Shown here: one piece after another, positions 50,525 to 60,601 of the stretch
Position numbering within the stretch: the stretch's first letter is position 1
Layout: the number at the start of each line of letters is the position of its first letter
Assembly (NCBI GenBank): GCA_963749075.1
Contig: CAVVLJ010000016.1
Location: 160,001 to 224,000, forward strand
Direction: 5' to 3'
Source of the DNA: an uncultured Pseudomonadota bacterium
GTDB taxonomy: Bacteria; Pseudomonadota; Alphaproteobacteria; JACZXZ01
DNA length: 64,000 nucleotides
Position numbers and translations under genes: made by a program
The notes under the pieces: generated by a model
The model's database searches: none
Told to the model about the DNA's origin: nothing
What the model saw: only the letters and a program-made list of their open reading frames with translations

Positions 50525-52366
50525 ATGAAATCGCCGCCCAAGCCGGCTCTCGTGCTGCGCCTTGGCGTCACCGGACACCGCCCGAACCGGCTGGCCGATG
50601 CGGCACTGCCGCGGCTCGAGCGGCAGGTGGCGGAGGTCATGGAGCTCCTGGAAGGCGTCGCCCGCGAGGTCCCCTCGGCCTATGCCGGAGTCTATAGTGG
50701 CGTGCCGCCGCCGCGGCTCAGGGTGATCTCGGCCCTTGCCCAAGGGGCGGACACGCTCGTCGCCGAGGCAGCGCTCGCGCGCGGCGCCGAGCTCGTAGCA
50801 CCGCTCCCCTTCCCGCTCGCCGACTACGAGCGGGATTTCCGCGAAGAGGCCGCGCGCGAGCGCCTGCACCGCCTGGCAGCACGCGCGTCCGCCGTCTGCG
50901 AGCTCGCGGGCAACCGCGCCCGCGAGGCGGAAGCCTACGAGGCGGTCGGGCGGCTGGTCGCGCGGCAATGCGACGTGCTGCTGGCGATCTGGGACGGCGA
51001 GCCCGCCGCCGGCCGCGGCGGTACCGCCATGATCGTGGCCTATGCCCGGCAGCTCGGCCTGCCGGTCGTTTGGCTTCATGCCGCACTCGACCGGCCGGCC
51101 GCTCTTTTGCTGCCGGAGAGCGGGCCGCAAACCGGCGAGGGCAGGCTCGAGGCGCTGCGCGAGCACCTCGTCGAGATGCTGGCGCCGCCGCCCGCCAAGC
51201 CTCGGCCGCCCGTGCTCCGCCGCGTGCTCGGCCTCGCCGAGGGCGCATCCGGCAACCTGCTCGCCGATTATTTTGCCGAGCGCAACCCTGCCTTCACCTG
51301 GGGCTGGATCTTCGCTTCCGTGCGCGACCTCGCCATCGGCCGGCTGCGCTGGCCCCAGCTGCGGGTCGCCGATTTCGCGCGTGCCACGGCGGCCGAGTGG
51401 GAGCGCGATTTCGCCTCCGCGGAGGCGGCCCTGGCAGCACTCCATGGCGCAGCGATGGCGCGCTTGCGCGAGCATTACTGTTGGGCGAACGGGCTCGCCG
51501 AGCTCTACGGCGGGCAGCACCGCAGCGCCTTCACGGTGAACTACCTGCTCGCCGCACTGGCCGTGCTCCTCGCCGCCCTTGGCATGGTGGCCCCCCATGC
51601 CGGGCGTCTCACGACGGTGCTCGAGCTGGCGAGCTTGCTTGCCATCGTCGTCATCACCTTATCGGGGAAGTCGCTGCGCTGGCACGAACGCTGGCTCACC
51701 TACCGCAACCTCGCCGAGCGCCTGCGCACGCTGCGCTTCCTCATACCGCTCGCCGAGGTGCCGCGGCTGCCGCCCCCGCCGCGGCAAGCGAACGCGAACA
51801 TGTTGCGCGCGAGCTGGATCGATTGGCTCGCCCGCGCGATCACGCGCGAGATCGGCCTGCCGAGCGCCCGTCTCGACGCGGCCTATCTTGCGGCGGCGGG
51901 CCGCTTCATCGCCACGGTCGAAGTCGGCGGGCAGATCGGCTATCATCGCGCCAACGCGGAGCGCATGCGGCATGTGGACCACCGCCTGCACCTCGCGGGC
52001 GTGGCACTCTTCGTCGTCTGCATCGCCGCCGTGATCATGCATCTCGTGCTGCACGAGGCACACGGCAGCGCTTTGGCGGAAGGTGCGGCACCTTGGCTCG
52101 GCCTTTTTTCCGCGGCGTTGCCGGCTTTCGGCGCCGCCTTCTACGGCATCCGCAGCCAGGGCGAGTTCGCGAGCCTGGTCGAGCGCTCCACGGCGACGCA
52201 TGCTGCCCTCGGCCGCCTGCGCGAGCAGCTCGATGCCGCCGCCCGCTCCGCCGAGCCGTCCCGCGATATCGCACTCGCCGCCGCGGAGGTGGCCGATGTC
52301 ATGATGATGGAGACGGCCGATTGGCACCACGCGTTCGGCGGCAAGCCGCTCGACCTGCCGGCGTGA
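50525..52366 (+). CDS. SLOG (YspA-like) nucleotide-binding domain fused to two SLATT/DUF4231-like 2TM modules
   Basis: LGVTGHR, ISALAQGADTLVAE, PLPF, DVLLAIWDG..GRGGTA; then TM pair plus WLTYRNLAERLR, and QIGYH plus TM pair plus METADW. Confidence 0.8.
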   Translation: MKSPPKPALVLRLGVTGHRPNRLADAALPRLERQVAEVMELLEGVAREVPSAYAGVYSGVPPPRLRVISALAQGADTLVAEAALARGAELVAPLPFPLADYERDFREEAARERLHRLAARASAVCELAGNRAREAEAYEAVGRLVARQCDVLLAIWDGEPAAGRGGTAMIVAYARQLGLPVVWLHAALDRPAALLLPESGPQTGEGRLEALREHLVEMLAPPPAKPRPPVLRRVLGLAEGASGNLLADYFAERNPAFTWGWIFASVRDLAIGRLRWPQLRVADFARATAAEWERDFASAEAALAALHGAAMARLREHYCWANGLAELYGGQHRSAFTVNYLLAALAVLLAALGMVAPHAGRLTTVLELASLLAIVVITLSGKSLRWHERWLTYRNLAERLRTLRFLIPLAEVPRLPPPPRQANANMLRASWIDWLARAITREIGLPSARLDAAYLAAAGRFIATVEVGGQIGYHRANAERMRHVDHRLHLAGVALFVVCIAAVIMHLVLHEAHGSALAEGAAPWLGLFSAALPAFGAAFYGIRSQGEFASLVERSTATHAALGRLREQLDAAARSAEPSRDIALAAAEVADVMMMETADWHHAFGGKPLDLPA

Positions 52367-52431
52367 GGACGCGGCGGCCAGATTGTTGAGCGAGGAGTAG
52401 CGCCGAGTGAGGAGGACTAGAGGAGGATGAC

Positions 52432-53775
52432 GTGACAGCGATCACCTCTCGACCGCGGACTTCCGCGAGGAAGGCTGCCGCCGCCGAAACCGCCCTCGGC
52501 TACCAGGCCGGCTTCGGCAACGAGCATGCGAGCGAGGCCCTGCCCGGCAGCTTGCCCGAGGGTCAGAACTCGCCCCAGGTGCTGCCCCGCGGCCTTTATG
52601 CGGAGCAGCTCTCGGGCACCCCCTTCACGGCACCCCGCGCCGCGAACCGGCGCAGCTGGCTCTACCGCATCCGTCCCGCGGCGATGCACGGCGCGTTCCG
52701 CCGCATCGACAACCGCCTCTTTGCCAGCGCCCCCTTCGGCGACGCGGCGCCGCCGCCCGACCGGCTGCGCTGGAATCCCCTGCCGTTCCCGGAGGCGCCG
52801 ACCGACTTCGTCGACGGCCTCGCGACCATCGCCGGCAACGGCGATGCGGGCGGGCGCCTGGGCGTCGCCATCCACCTCTACCGCGCGACGGCGCCGATGG
52901 CCGGCCGCCTCTTCTACGATGCCGACGGCGAGCTCCTCATCGTGCCGCAGACGGGACGGCTGCGCCTGGCTACGGAGCTCGGCCTCATCGAGGCGGGCCC
53001 CGGCGAGATCGCCGTCATTCCGCGCGGCATCAAGTTCCGCGTCGAGCTCCCGGACGGCAAGTCGCGCGGCTACGTGTGCGAGAACTACGGCGCCCTTTTC
53101 CGCCTGCCCGAGCTCGGCCCGATCGGCGCCAACGGCCTGGCGAACGCGCGCGACTTCCTCTATCCGGTCGCCGCCTTCGAGGATCGCGACGAGGCGACGG
53201 AGGTCGTAGCCAAGTTCGAGGGCAATCTCTGGGCCGCCGATTTCGGCCACTCGCCGCTCGACGTGGTGGCCTGGCACGGCAATTACGCGCCCTACAAATA
53301 CGATCTAGCACTCTTCAATACGATCGGCACGGTGAGCTACGACCATCCCGATCCCTCGCTCCTCACGGTGCTGACCTCGCCCTCCGAGGTGCCCGGCACC
53401 GCCAATTGCGACTTCGTCGTCTTCCCGCCGCGCTGGATGGTGGCCGAGCACAGCTTCCGTCCGCCCTGGTTCCACCGCAACGTCATGAGCGAGTTCATGG
53501 GCCTCGTCCACGGCGTCTACGACGCCAAGGTAGCGGGCTTTCTGCCGGGCGGCGCCTCGCTGCACAACTGCATGTCCGGGCACGGCCCCGACGCCGCCAC
53601 TTTCGCGAAGGCGACCGCCGCGGCACTCGAGCCGCACAAGATCGAGAACACCCTCGCCTTCATGTTCGAGACCCGGCTCGTCATGCGCCCGACGCGCTGG
53701 GCGCTCGAGAGCGCCATGCGGCAGAAGGATTACGATTCGGTCTGGCTCGGCTTCCGCAAGCTCTTCAAGGGCTGA
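52432..53775 (+). CDS. hmgA: Homogentisate 1,2-dioxygenase
   Basis: [54 protein letters not shown]. Confidence 0.97.
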   Translation: MTAITSRPRTSARKAAAAETALGYQAGFGNEHASEALPGSLPEGQNSPQVLPRGLYAEQLSGTPFTAPRAANRRSWLYRIRPAAMHGAFRRIDNRLFASAPFGDAAPPPDRLRWNPLPFPEAPTDFVDGLATIAGNGDAGGRLGVAIHLYRATAPMAGRLFYDADGELLIVPQTGRLRLATELGLIEAGPGEIAVIPRGIKFRVELPDGKSRGYVCENYGALFRLPELGPIGANGLANARDFLYPVAAFEDRDEATEVVAKFEGNLWAADFGHSPLDVVAWHGNYAPYKYDLALFNTIGTVSYDHPDPSLLTVLTSPSEVPGTANCDFVVFPPRWMVAEHSFRPPWFHRNVMSEFMGLVHGVYDAKVAGFLPGGASLHNCMSGHGPDAATFAKATAAALEPHKIENTLAFMFETRLVMRPTRWALESAMRQKDYDSVWLGFRKLFKG

Positions 53776-53795
53776 GCGGCGAAGCGAGGGGGATC

Positions 53796-54725
53796 ATGAA
53801 CATCGAGAGGGGCAAGAGGGCGAAGCGGGAGAAGCAGGGCGCGCCGCGCGCCGTACAGGCCGCGCGGCCCCGGCGCAGCCGCGGCCCCGACGGGACCTCG
53901 AGCGTCATCTGGCTCGGCACCGACAGCTCGCCGCGCCGCGATCTCTATGCCTGGTTCCTCACGCTGCCCTGGCGCGGCGTCCTCGGCCTCCTGGCCGGCG
54001 CCTATCTCCTCAGCAACGCGCTCTTCGCCCTCATCTACCTCGCCGACCCTGGCGGCATCGGCAACGCGCGGCCCGACAGCTTCGCCGACGCCTTCTTCTT
54101 CAGCGTCCAGACCATGGCGACCATCGGCTACGGCAACATGTATCCGGCGACGCTCTTCGCCAACATGGTGGTGACCGCCGAGACGATCATCGGTCTGCTC
54201 TCCTTCGCACTCATCACCGGCCTCCTCTTCACCCGCTTCTCGCGCCCGAGCGCCCGCGTGCTCTTCAGCAACGTCGCCGTCGTCGCCCGCTATGACGGCG
54301 TTCCGACCCTCATCTTCCGCATGGCCAACGAGCGGCGCAACGTCATCCTCCAGGCCGAGGTGCGCGTGACCCTGCTGCGCTCCGAGACGACGGAGGAAGG
54401 CACCGAGATCCAGCGCCAGCGCGACCTCAAGCTCATGCGCCACCAAAGCTCGTTCTTCGGCCTCTCCTGGATGGTCGCCCATCCGATCGATGCGGAGAGC
54501 CCGCTCAAGGGCGAGACGGCCGAATCGCTTCGCCAGTGCAAGGCGGTGATCGGCGTCCTCCTCGCCGGCACGGACGAGACGCTCGGCCAGACGGTGCACG
54601 CGCGCTACACCTACCCGGCTGAGCGCATCCTCTGGGGCCGCCGTTTCGTCAACGTCCTCGGGCTCACTCCCGAGGGCGAGCGCATCATCGACCTGCGGCA
54701 CTTCCACGAGACGGTGCCGGCATAG
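53796..54725 (+). CDS. KirBac-type inward rectifier K+ channel
   Basis: FFFSVQTMATIGYG selectivity filter, FSRPSARVLFS, HPIDAESPL. Confidence 0.92.
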   Translation: MNIERGKRAKREKQGAPRAVQAARPRRSRGPDGTSSVIWLGTDSSPRRDLYAWFLTLPWRGVLGLLAGAYLLSNALFALIYLADPGGIGNARPDSFADAFFFSVQTMATIGYGNMYPATLFANMVVTAETIIGLLSFALITGLLFTRFSRPSARVLFSNVAVVARYDGVPTLIFRMANERRNVILQAEVRVTLLRSETTEEGTEIQRQRDLKLMRHQSSFFGLSWMVAHPIDAESPLKGETAESLRQCKAVIGVLLAGTDETLGQTVHARYTYPAERILWGRRFVNVLGLTPEGERIIDLRHFHETVPA

Positions 54726-54789
54726 ACTCGCGAGCGAGCGATGGTCGATAAGCGATCCAGCCAGAGGCTGAAATTCAATCCGAGGTAAA

Positions 54790-55260
54790 ATGATGCCGGC
54801 TGCACAAAAATCGTTCCTCTGCGTGGTGAGCCTTCTCGTGCTTTGCGCCTTCGGCGGGGATCCGGACTGTGCAAGCGACGAAATCAAAAATACGGTCATA
54901 AAGATCGTGAAGGACAACCCGCCGGCGCAAATGCTGACCAAGGCCGGACAATCTTGGTATGCGAAACAGAAGCAAGAGATTGAAAAGGAATGCGGCAAGA
55001 CCGTTACCGACGAGTGCCACCGCGCGGCGAGCGAAGAGCTGGCCGGACGACAGCGTCTGATGGACCGCGCTGCAACTTACAACATCGATAACATCAGCAT
55101 GACGAACAGCAACGAGGCGACAGGCGCAGTCTCATGTACGGCGGATTTGCATGTCGTCCTGCCGGAATATTGGGGTAGAGGCAGCGAGCCCGTCACCTAC
55201 CTGGTCGAAAAGCTTCAGGACGGGCACGGGTTCAACGTGACGCTTCGTGGCTTGCAATAG
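54790..55260 (+). CDS. Hypothetical exported protein (lower GC than neighbours)
   Basis: GAGGT RBS, signal-like N-terminus, several Cys; no family recognised. Confidence 0.6.
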   Translation: MMPAAQKSFLCVVSLLVLCAFGGDPDCASDEIKNTVIKIVKDNPPAQMLTKAGQSWYAKQKQEIEKECGKTVTDECHRAASEELAGRQRLMDRAATYNIDNISMTNSNEATGAVSCTADLHVVLPEYWGRGSEPVTYLVEKLQDGHGFNVTLRGLQ

Positions 55261-55336
55261 CCGGCCATGATCTGCCCCGTCCGCCTCGAGGTTAGTTGAT
55301 GCACGCATTTCGAGGACGCTTGCAGTACCGTCGTGC

Positions 55337-55449
55337 GTCCTTCAAGACGCACCCCTTCGGGGTGCTCCTCAGGATGAGACGTAATCGTGCGTGGTAGAAA
55401 GACTTCATCTCATCCGGAGGAGCGAGCGAAAGCGAGCGTCTCGAAGGAC
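55337..55449. repeat. Alphaproteobacterial intergenic mosaic repeat (CTCATCCTGAGGAGC..CGTCTCGAAGGA type), inverted pair
   Basis: gtccttcaagacgc..gctcctcaggatgag (55337-55378) inverted against ctcatccggaggagc..gcgtctcgaaggac (55409-55449). Confidence 0.75.
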
Positions 55450-55502
55450 CCGCCGCGGCCGGTCCGAGGCCCCTTTTGCTGGGCGGGGAGTTTTCTCCTG
55501 CC

Positions 55503-56351
55503 TCAGGTGCCGACCTTGAGCGTCGCGGTAAGGCCGCGGAGAGCGGCGATGGCGCTCAGCGCAGTGATGCGGCCGGTGCGCGGGTTCTCGTCGGAGGGCA
55601 CGTTCTCGATGCTCATCGAGAAGCGCGCGCTGTCGGCGACCACCTCGATTGAGTGGGTGTTGCGCGTGAGGCCGGGATCGGCCCAGATCTCGAGGGTGGT
55701 CGCATCGGGGCCGATGCCGGCGAGGCTCAAGGCCGCGGCCACGTTGACGTTCGCCGGGAAGCCGCGCGCGCCTTCCCTCGCACTGCCCTCGAAGAGCTTG
55801 AGCGGCCCGTTGAGCCCGGCGAGCGAGATGCCGCGCTCGACGAGATAGGGTGCACCCTCGAGCCCCTTGGGCGGCTTGCGCGTCACCATGCGCACGGATG
55901 CTATCCTGCCCTCGGCGGCGGCGCGCACCGCGTCGAGCCCGATGAGCGCCCCCGTCGGCACCAGGATGCGGGCACCTGTCGCGCGCGCGCGCTCCACGAG
56001 CTCGGGATGTGCAAGGAGCGCGCCGACCGAGAGCGGCATGACGGTGCGCCCCGCCTCGAGCGCCGGCACCACCACCTCGAGGAACACGGCGGCGGGCGCG
56101 CATTCGACCACCACGTCGGCGAGCGCGGCGAGCTCGCCGAGCGCCACCACGGGCACCGGCAGCTGGAAGCCGGCCATGCGCGTCTTCGCCTTGTCGCGGT
56201 CGCGCGCGGAGACGGCAGCCAGGCGCAGCCCCGCAATGCCCGCATCGAGCCGCCGCGCGATCGCCGCGCCGATGGCACCGAAGCCGCCGATGGCGACGGC
56301 AAGCGTGCCGTTTTGCGCGGCAAGGTTTCGTTGCGATGATGGTGCCGTCAT
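55503..56351 (-). CDS. nadX: L-aspartate dehydrogenase family protein
   Basis: IGGFGAIG Rossmann motif, VVECA, SVGAL, PTGALIGLD, RKPP, FPANVNVAA, NPRTG. Confidence 0.9.
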   Translation of the reverse strand: MTAPSSQRNLAAQNGTLAVAIGGFGAIGAAIARRLDAGIAGLRLAAVSARDRDKAKTRMAGFQLPVPVVALGELAALADVVVECAPAAVFLEVVVPALEAGRTVMPLSVGALLAHPELVERARATGARILVPTGALIGLDAVRAAAEGRIASVRMVTRKPPKGLEGAPYLVERGISLAGLNGPLKLFEGSAREGARGFPANVNVAAALSLAGIGPDATTLEIWADPGLTRNTHSIEVVADSARFSMSIENVPSDENPRTGRITALSAIAALRGLTATLKVGT

Positions 56352-56479
56352 GGGCGAGGCCGCATGGATCCGTGGAGCCGCGATCTTAAGAGGAAGGCGG
56401 CGGCATTTCGAGAAATATTCCGACGTTGGGTAGCCGGCGGCCTGCTAACATGCGGGCATCGGAGGGGGAAGGTCGTGCC

Positions 56480-57046
56480 ATGATCCACTTGCCGCGAGGC
56501 CTGCCCGAGCACTCCGGACGGCTCCTCGTTCTCCTATTGCTGATTTGCGCGGTCGCCGGCTGCTACCAGACCGGCGAGGAGATCTTCGCAGCGAGCGACG
56601 CGCGCCTCGTTCCCGGGCTCGAAGGCCGCTATGGCGGAGACGGAGGCGGGCTCACCATCTTCCGCGTGCCGGGTACCGACGATTACCGCTTCATCATGGT
56701 TCCCAAGGACAACGAGGCGCCCGGCTCCGGCAGCTTCCGCGTCATGGATCTGAGCCCGGACGTCAAGCTCGTCCAGACGCATCTCGACAAGGACCCGGCG
56801 AACCTCTTCGATTTCGTGCTCGACAAGGTGACCGCGCAAGGCGGCCGCGTCGTCGCCATCGAGACGCTCGAGGTCAAAGGCGAGGATGCGGAGGCTCAGG
56901 AAAAGGCCCTGGCGAGCCGCTTCGGCGTCACGCTCGGCAAATTCGGCGCGCTCACGGGACCGCGGACTGGAGTGGCGCAGTTTCTCCTCGCTCTCGGCCG
57001 CATCCCCCTTGCGTCGAGCGGAAAGACATTCGCCCGCATCGATTGA
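56480..57046 (+). CDS. Hypothetical lipoprotein
   Basis: Hydrophobic stretch ending in a VAGC lipobox; host-like codon usage. Confidence 0.65.
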   Translation: MIHLPRGLPEHSGRLLVLLLLICAVAGCYQTGEEIFAASDARLVPGLEGRYGGDGGGLTIFRVPGTDDYRFIMVPKDNEAPGSGSFRVMDLSPDVKLVQTHLDKDPANLFDFVLDKVTAQGGRVVAIETLEVKGEDAEAQEKALASRFGVTLGKFGALTGPRTGVAQFLLALGRIPLASSGKTFARID

Positions 57047-57074
57047 GCGCGCGCCGCCGTGCGGCCACAGCCGC

Positions 57075-58229
57075 TCATTTCCTTGCAATCTCGTAGCCGA
57101 ACGGCGTCAGCACCTCGCGGCCCGCTTCCGTCACCAGCAGGGTCTCGCTGAAGACGGCGCCCCCGAGGCCGGCGAGCTTGAGGTCCGGGATGAGGTGGAA
57201 GACCATGCCGGGCTCGAGCACCGTGGCGTCGCCCGCCTTGATGCTCTGGATGCGGCCCTCGCCCCAGTCGGGCGGATAGCCGAGGCCGACCGAATAGCCG
57301 GTGCGGTGCTTGAAGGCCTCGGCCAGGCCGGCACGCCGGATGAGGTCGCGCGCGGCGAAATCGACCTCGCCCGAGGTGGCGCCCGGCCGCACCGCCTCGC
57401 GCGCGGCGGCGAGCGCATCGCGCGACACCTCGGCCATGCGCTCGAGCCGCGCGTCCGGCCGGCCGACCAGCACCGTGCGCGAGATCATGGCGTGGTAGCG
57501 CAGCCAGACCCCACCCATCTCCATATAGACGCAATCGTTCGCGGCGATCTGCCGGCGGCCCCAGCTCTCGAAGGAGAGGCCCGCCTCGCTGCCGCCAACG
57601 ATCTGGAAGGAGTGGCCGAGATATTCCGAGCCGGCGGCGAAGAGCGCGCGCGACGCCTCGGCCGCGATCAAGTGGTCGTGAGTTCCGGCGCGGGTCGCCT
57701 CGACGGCGGCCGCGAGCGAGGCCACCGCGGCGGCCGCGGCCTGCCTGATATAGGCGATCTCCTCGGGGACCTTGCGCAAGCGCACGGCCTCGATGATGCC
57801 CGAGCCGTCGAGGAGCTCCTCTCGGCCGAGGCGCGCTGAGACGTGCTGGTAGTGCGCCACGGAGAGGAACCAGGCGTCGTTCTGGTTGGCGATGCGCAGC
57901 TTGTCGAGCCCGTATTTCGCGAGCACGCGCAGGCTCGCCTCGGCGGGGCTCTCGAGGTCGTCCCAGCCCTCGACGCGCTCGAGGCAGGAGTACATTGAGG
58001 CCTTGTCGGTGTTGAGCGCGCGCGTGAGGAAGATCATCTCGCCCTCGAGCGGCACGATGAGGAGCTGATAGGTGAAGTAGCCCATCGAATCATAGCCGGT
58101 CAGGTAATAGATGTTCTCCGGAACGGCGGTCAGCAGCACCTCGATGCCCTTCGCCGCCATGCCCCGGCGGACGCCGGCAAGCCGTCTTTCGAACTCGGCG
58201 CGCGCGAAGGGGAGGGGAAACTTCGTCAT
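57075..58229 (-). CDS. M24 family creatinase/ectoine-hydrolase-like protein
   Basis: [50 protein letters not shown]; lacks the usual Asp metal ligands of aminopeptidase P. Confidence 0.85.
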   Translation of the reverse strand: MTKFPLPFARAEFERRLAGVRRGMAAKGIEVLLTAVPENIYYLTGYDSMGYFTYQLLIVPLEGEMIFLTRALNTDKASMYSCLERVEGWDDLESPAEASLRVLAKYGLDKLRIANQNDAWFLSVAHYQHVSARLGREELLDGSGIIEAVRLRKVPEEIAYIRQAAAAAVASLAAAVEATRAGTHDHLIAAEASRALFAAGSEYLGHSFQIVGGSEAGLSFESWGRRQIAANDCVYMEMGGVWLRYHAMISRTVLVGRPDARLERMAEVSRDALAAAREAVRPGATSGEVDFAARDLIRRAGLAEAFKHRTGYSVGLGYPPDWGEGRIQSIKAGDATVLEPGMVFHLIPDLKLAGLGGAVFSETLLVTEAGREVLTPFGYEIARK

Positions 58230-58343
58230 GACGGGCCTTGGCGGTCGGAGGGACGGGCAGGAGGTTCGGCGCCGGGACGGAGGTTGAACGAAGCGGCGCA
58301 GGCTGGCAAGGTGCCGTTCAGGGGCCGAGCGCCGGGCATCGCC

Positions 58344-59564
58344 ATGTGGGACCGCATCTGGATCGACCTTCGACTCGCCACCATGGAGCCGGGAGCAGCA
58401 CCCTATGGCGCCGTGCACGACGCAGCACTCGCGGTCGAGGGCGGCCGCATCGCCTTCGCGGGTCCACTTGCGGAGCTTCCGGGACGGCCGAAGAGGCTCG
58501 CCCGCGAGGTGATCGACGGGCAAGGCCGCTGGATGACGCCGGGCCTCATCGACTGCCATACGCACATCGTCTTCGCGGGCGACCGCGCCGAGGAGTTCGA
58601 GCTGCGCCTCAAGGGTGCGAGCTACGAGGAGATCGCGCGGCAGGGCGGCGGCATCCGCTCGACCGTCGCCAAGACGCGCGCGGCCTCCGAGGAGGCGCTT
58701 TTCGCCTCGGCGCGGGAGCGCCTGGCCTGCCTGATGGCGGAGGGGCTGACCACCGTCGAGATCAAGTCGGGCTACGGGCTCTCGAGCGAGAGCGAGATGA
58801 AGATGCTGCGCGTGGCCCGCCGGCTCGGCCGCGAGCTGCCGCTCGACGTGGCGACGAGCTTTCTCGGCGCGCATGCGCTGCCGCCCGAGTACGAGGGTCG
58901 GCAACCGGACTACGTCGAGCTCGTGGTGCGCGAGATGATCCCGGCGGTCGCGGCGGCCGGGCTTGCCGACGCGGTCGATGCCTTCTGCGAGCGCATCGCT
59001 TTCACGCCGCGGGAGACGGCGGCGGTCTTCGCGGCGGCGCGCGGCTCAGGCCTCCCGGTCAAGCTCCACGCCGACCAGCTCTCGGACACCGGCGGCGGCG
59101 CGCTCGCCGCGCGCTTCGCGGCACTCTCCGCCGATCATCTCGAGCACTGCTCCGAGGCGAGCGTCGCCGCCATGGCAGGCGCCGGCACGGTGGCCGTGCT
59201 GCTGCCCGGCGCCTTCTACTTCCTTCGCGAGCGGAAGCTGCCGCCGATCGAGGCCTTCCGCCGCCATGGCGTGGCGATGGCGCTGGCGAGCGACTGCAAC
59301 CCCGGCTCCTCGCCGCTGCTCTCGCTGCTCCTCGTGCTCAACATGGCCGCAACGCTCTTCCGCCTGACGCCGGAGGAGGCGCTCGCTGGCCTGACGCGCG
59401 CCGCGGCCCAGGCCCTCGGGCTCGGCCAGGACCGCGGACGGCTCGGCGTAGGGCTTCGCGCCGATCTCGCATTGTGGGACATAGGCCATCCCGCCGAGCT
59501 CGCCTATTGGATCGGGCGCAACCCCTCTGCCGGCGTCGTCAAGGACGGCGTGCCGCGGACGTGA
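58344..59564 (+). CDS. hutI: Imidazolonepropionase
   Basis: [57 protein letters not shown]. Confidence 0.97.
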   Translation: MWDRIWIDLRLATMEPGAAPYGAVHDAALAVEGGRIAFAGPLAELPGRPKRLAREVIDGQGRWMTPGLIDCHTHIVFAGDRAEEFELRLKGASYEEIARQGGGIRSTVAKTRAASEEALFASARERLACLMAEGLTTVEIKSGYGLSSESEMKMLRVARRLGRELPLDVATSFLGAHALPPEYEGRQPDYVELVVREMIPAVAAAGLADAVDAFCERIAFTPRETAAVFAAARGSGLPVKLHADQLSDTGGGALAARFAALSADHLEHCSEASVAAMAGAGTVAVLLPGAFYFLRERKLPPIEAFRRHGVAMALASDCNPGSSPLLSLLLVLNMAATLFRLTPEEALAGLTRAAAQALGLGQDRGRLGVGLRADLALWDIGHPAELAYWIGRNPSAGVVKDGVPRT

Positions 59565-59785
59565 GGAGGTTGAAACGGATCAGGAAGAGTGCGCGCCTGC
59601 TGCTGCACCTTTTGCGTCCCCCAGGTCCAAGCTCGCCGGGCAATGCGAAAGCATCGACATTCTTACACCACGCCCCGGAACACGATCCGCTCCCGCTTCA
59701 AGGGATCGCCCGTGCAGGAGGGAAGTGCTCTGCGTCGAAGGCTTGTGTCGGATTGAATCGCTTTGAAGGCCATCGCGCGAAGCGC

Positions 59786-59827
59786 TGCGGCGTAGGGGGA
59801 GCCCTTTAGGGCTCCCCCTACGCCGCA
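59786..59827. repeat. Perfect 19-bp hairpin abutting the CRISPR array
   Basis: TGCGGCGTAGGGGGAGCCC-TTTA-GGGCTCCCCCTACGCCGCA, ending 4 nt before repeat 1. Confidence 0.85.
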
Positions 59828-59831
59828 ACTG

Positions 59832-60601
59832 GCTGCGGTTTGCGGCCGATCCTCGATTTGCTACAGTCAATGTAGATGTGCGCCCGGCCGAGAGCCGCTG
59901 CGGTTTGCGGCCGATCCTCGATTTGCTACAGTCGCGACGTCGTGAGCCGGCGTGCCCGACGTCGCTGCGGTTTGCGGCCGATCCTCGATTTGCTACAGTC
60001 TCGCAGCATCGCGCGCGCCGGCTGACGGCGCTGCGGTTTGCGGCCGATCCTCGATTTGCTACAGTCTGCAGCTCGCATGGCAGCCGCGATCGACGCGCTG
60101 CGGTTTGCGGCCGATCCTCGATTTGCTACAGTGCACTCGCCGCAGCCTCGCCGATGCGTCACGGCTGCGGTTTGCGGCCGATCCTCGATTTGCTACAGTC
60201 GCAGCCCGCGTCGCCAGCGCTGGTCGTCCGCTGCGGTTTGCGGCCGATCCTCGATTTGCTACAGTCATCGCCGGCAGCCATCGTGCGAGACCGCTGGCTG
60301 CGGTTTGCGGCCGATCCTCGATTTGCTACAGTGCGTCGACGCGGCGGCACCGTGCGATGGCCGCGCTGCGGTTTGCGGCCGATCCTCGATTTGCTACAGT
60401 GCGCCGTGCGCGCATGCCGAGCGCGCCGCCGGCTGCGGTTTGCGGCCGATCCTCGATTTGCTACAGTCGGCTCGCGTCGCGAGCGCCTGCGGCACGTCGC
60501 TGCGGTTTGCGGCCGATCCTCGATTTGCTACAGTCGCCGAGCGCAGCGCCTCGCGCAGGCTAGCGGCTGCGGTTTGCGGCCGATCCTCGATTTGCTACAG
60601 T
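59832..60601 (+). CRISPR. Type II-C CRISPR array: 12 identical 36-bp repeats, 11 spacers of 29-32 bp
   Basis: Repeat GCTGCGGTTTGCGGCCGATCCTCGATTTGCTACAGT starts at 59832, 59897, 59964, 60030, 60097, 60164, 60230, 60297, 60365, 60432, 60499 and 60566; orientation inferred from the terminal TGCTACAGT extended -10-like box. Confidence 0.98.

Noticed and set aside
59565-59809. Possible short ORF or hutH remnant after hutI (GGAGG then TTG)
   Set aside because: RBS-to-start spacing is zero and the translation resembles no Hut protein.
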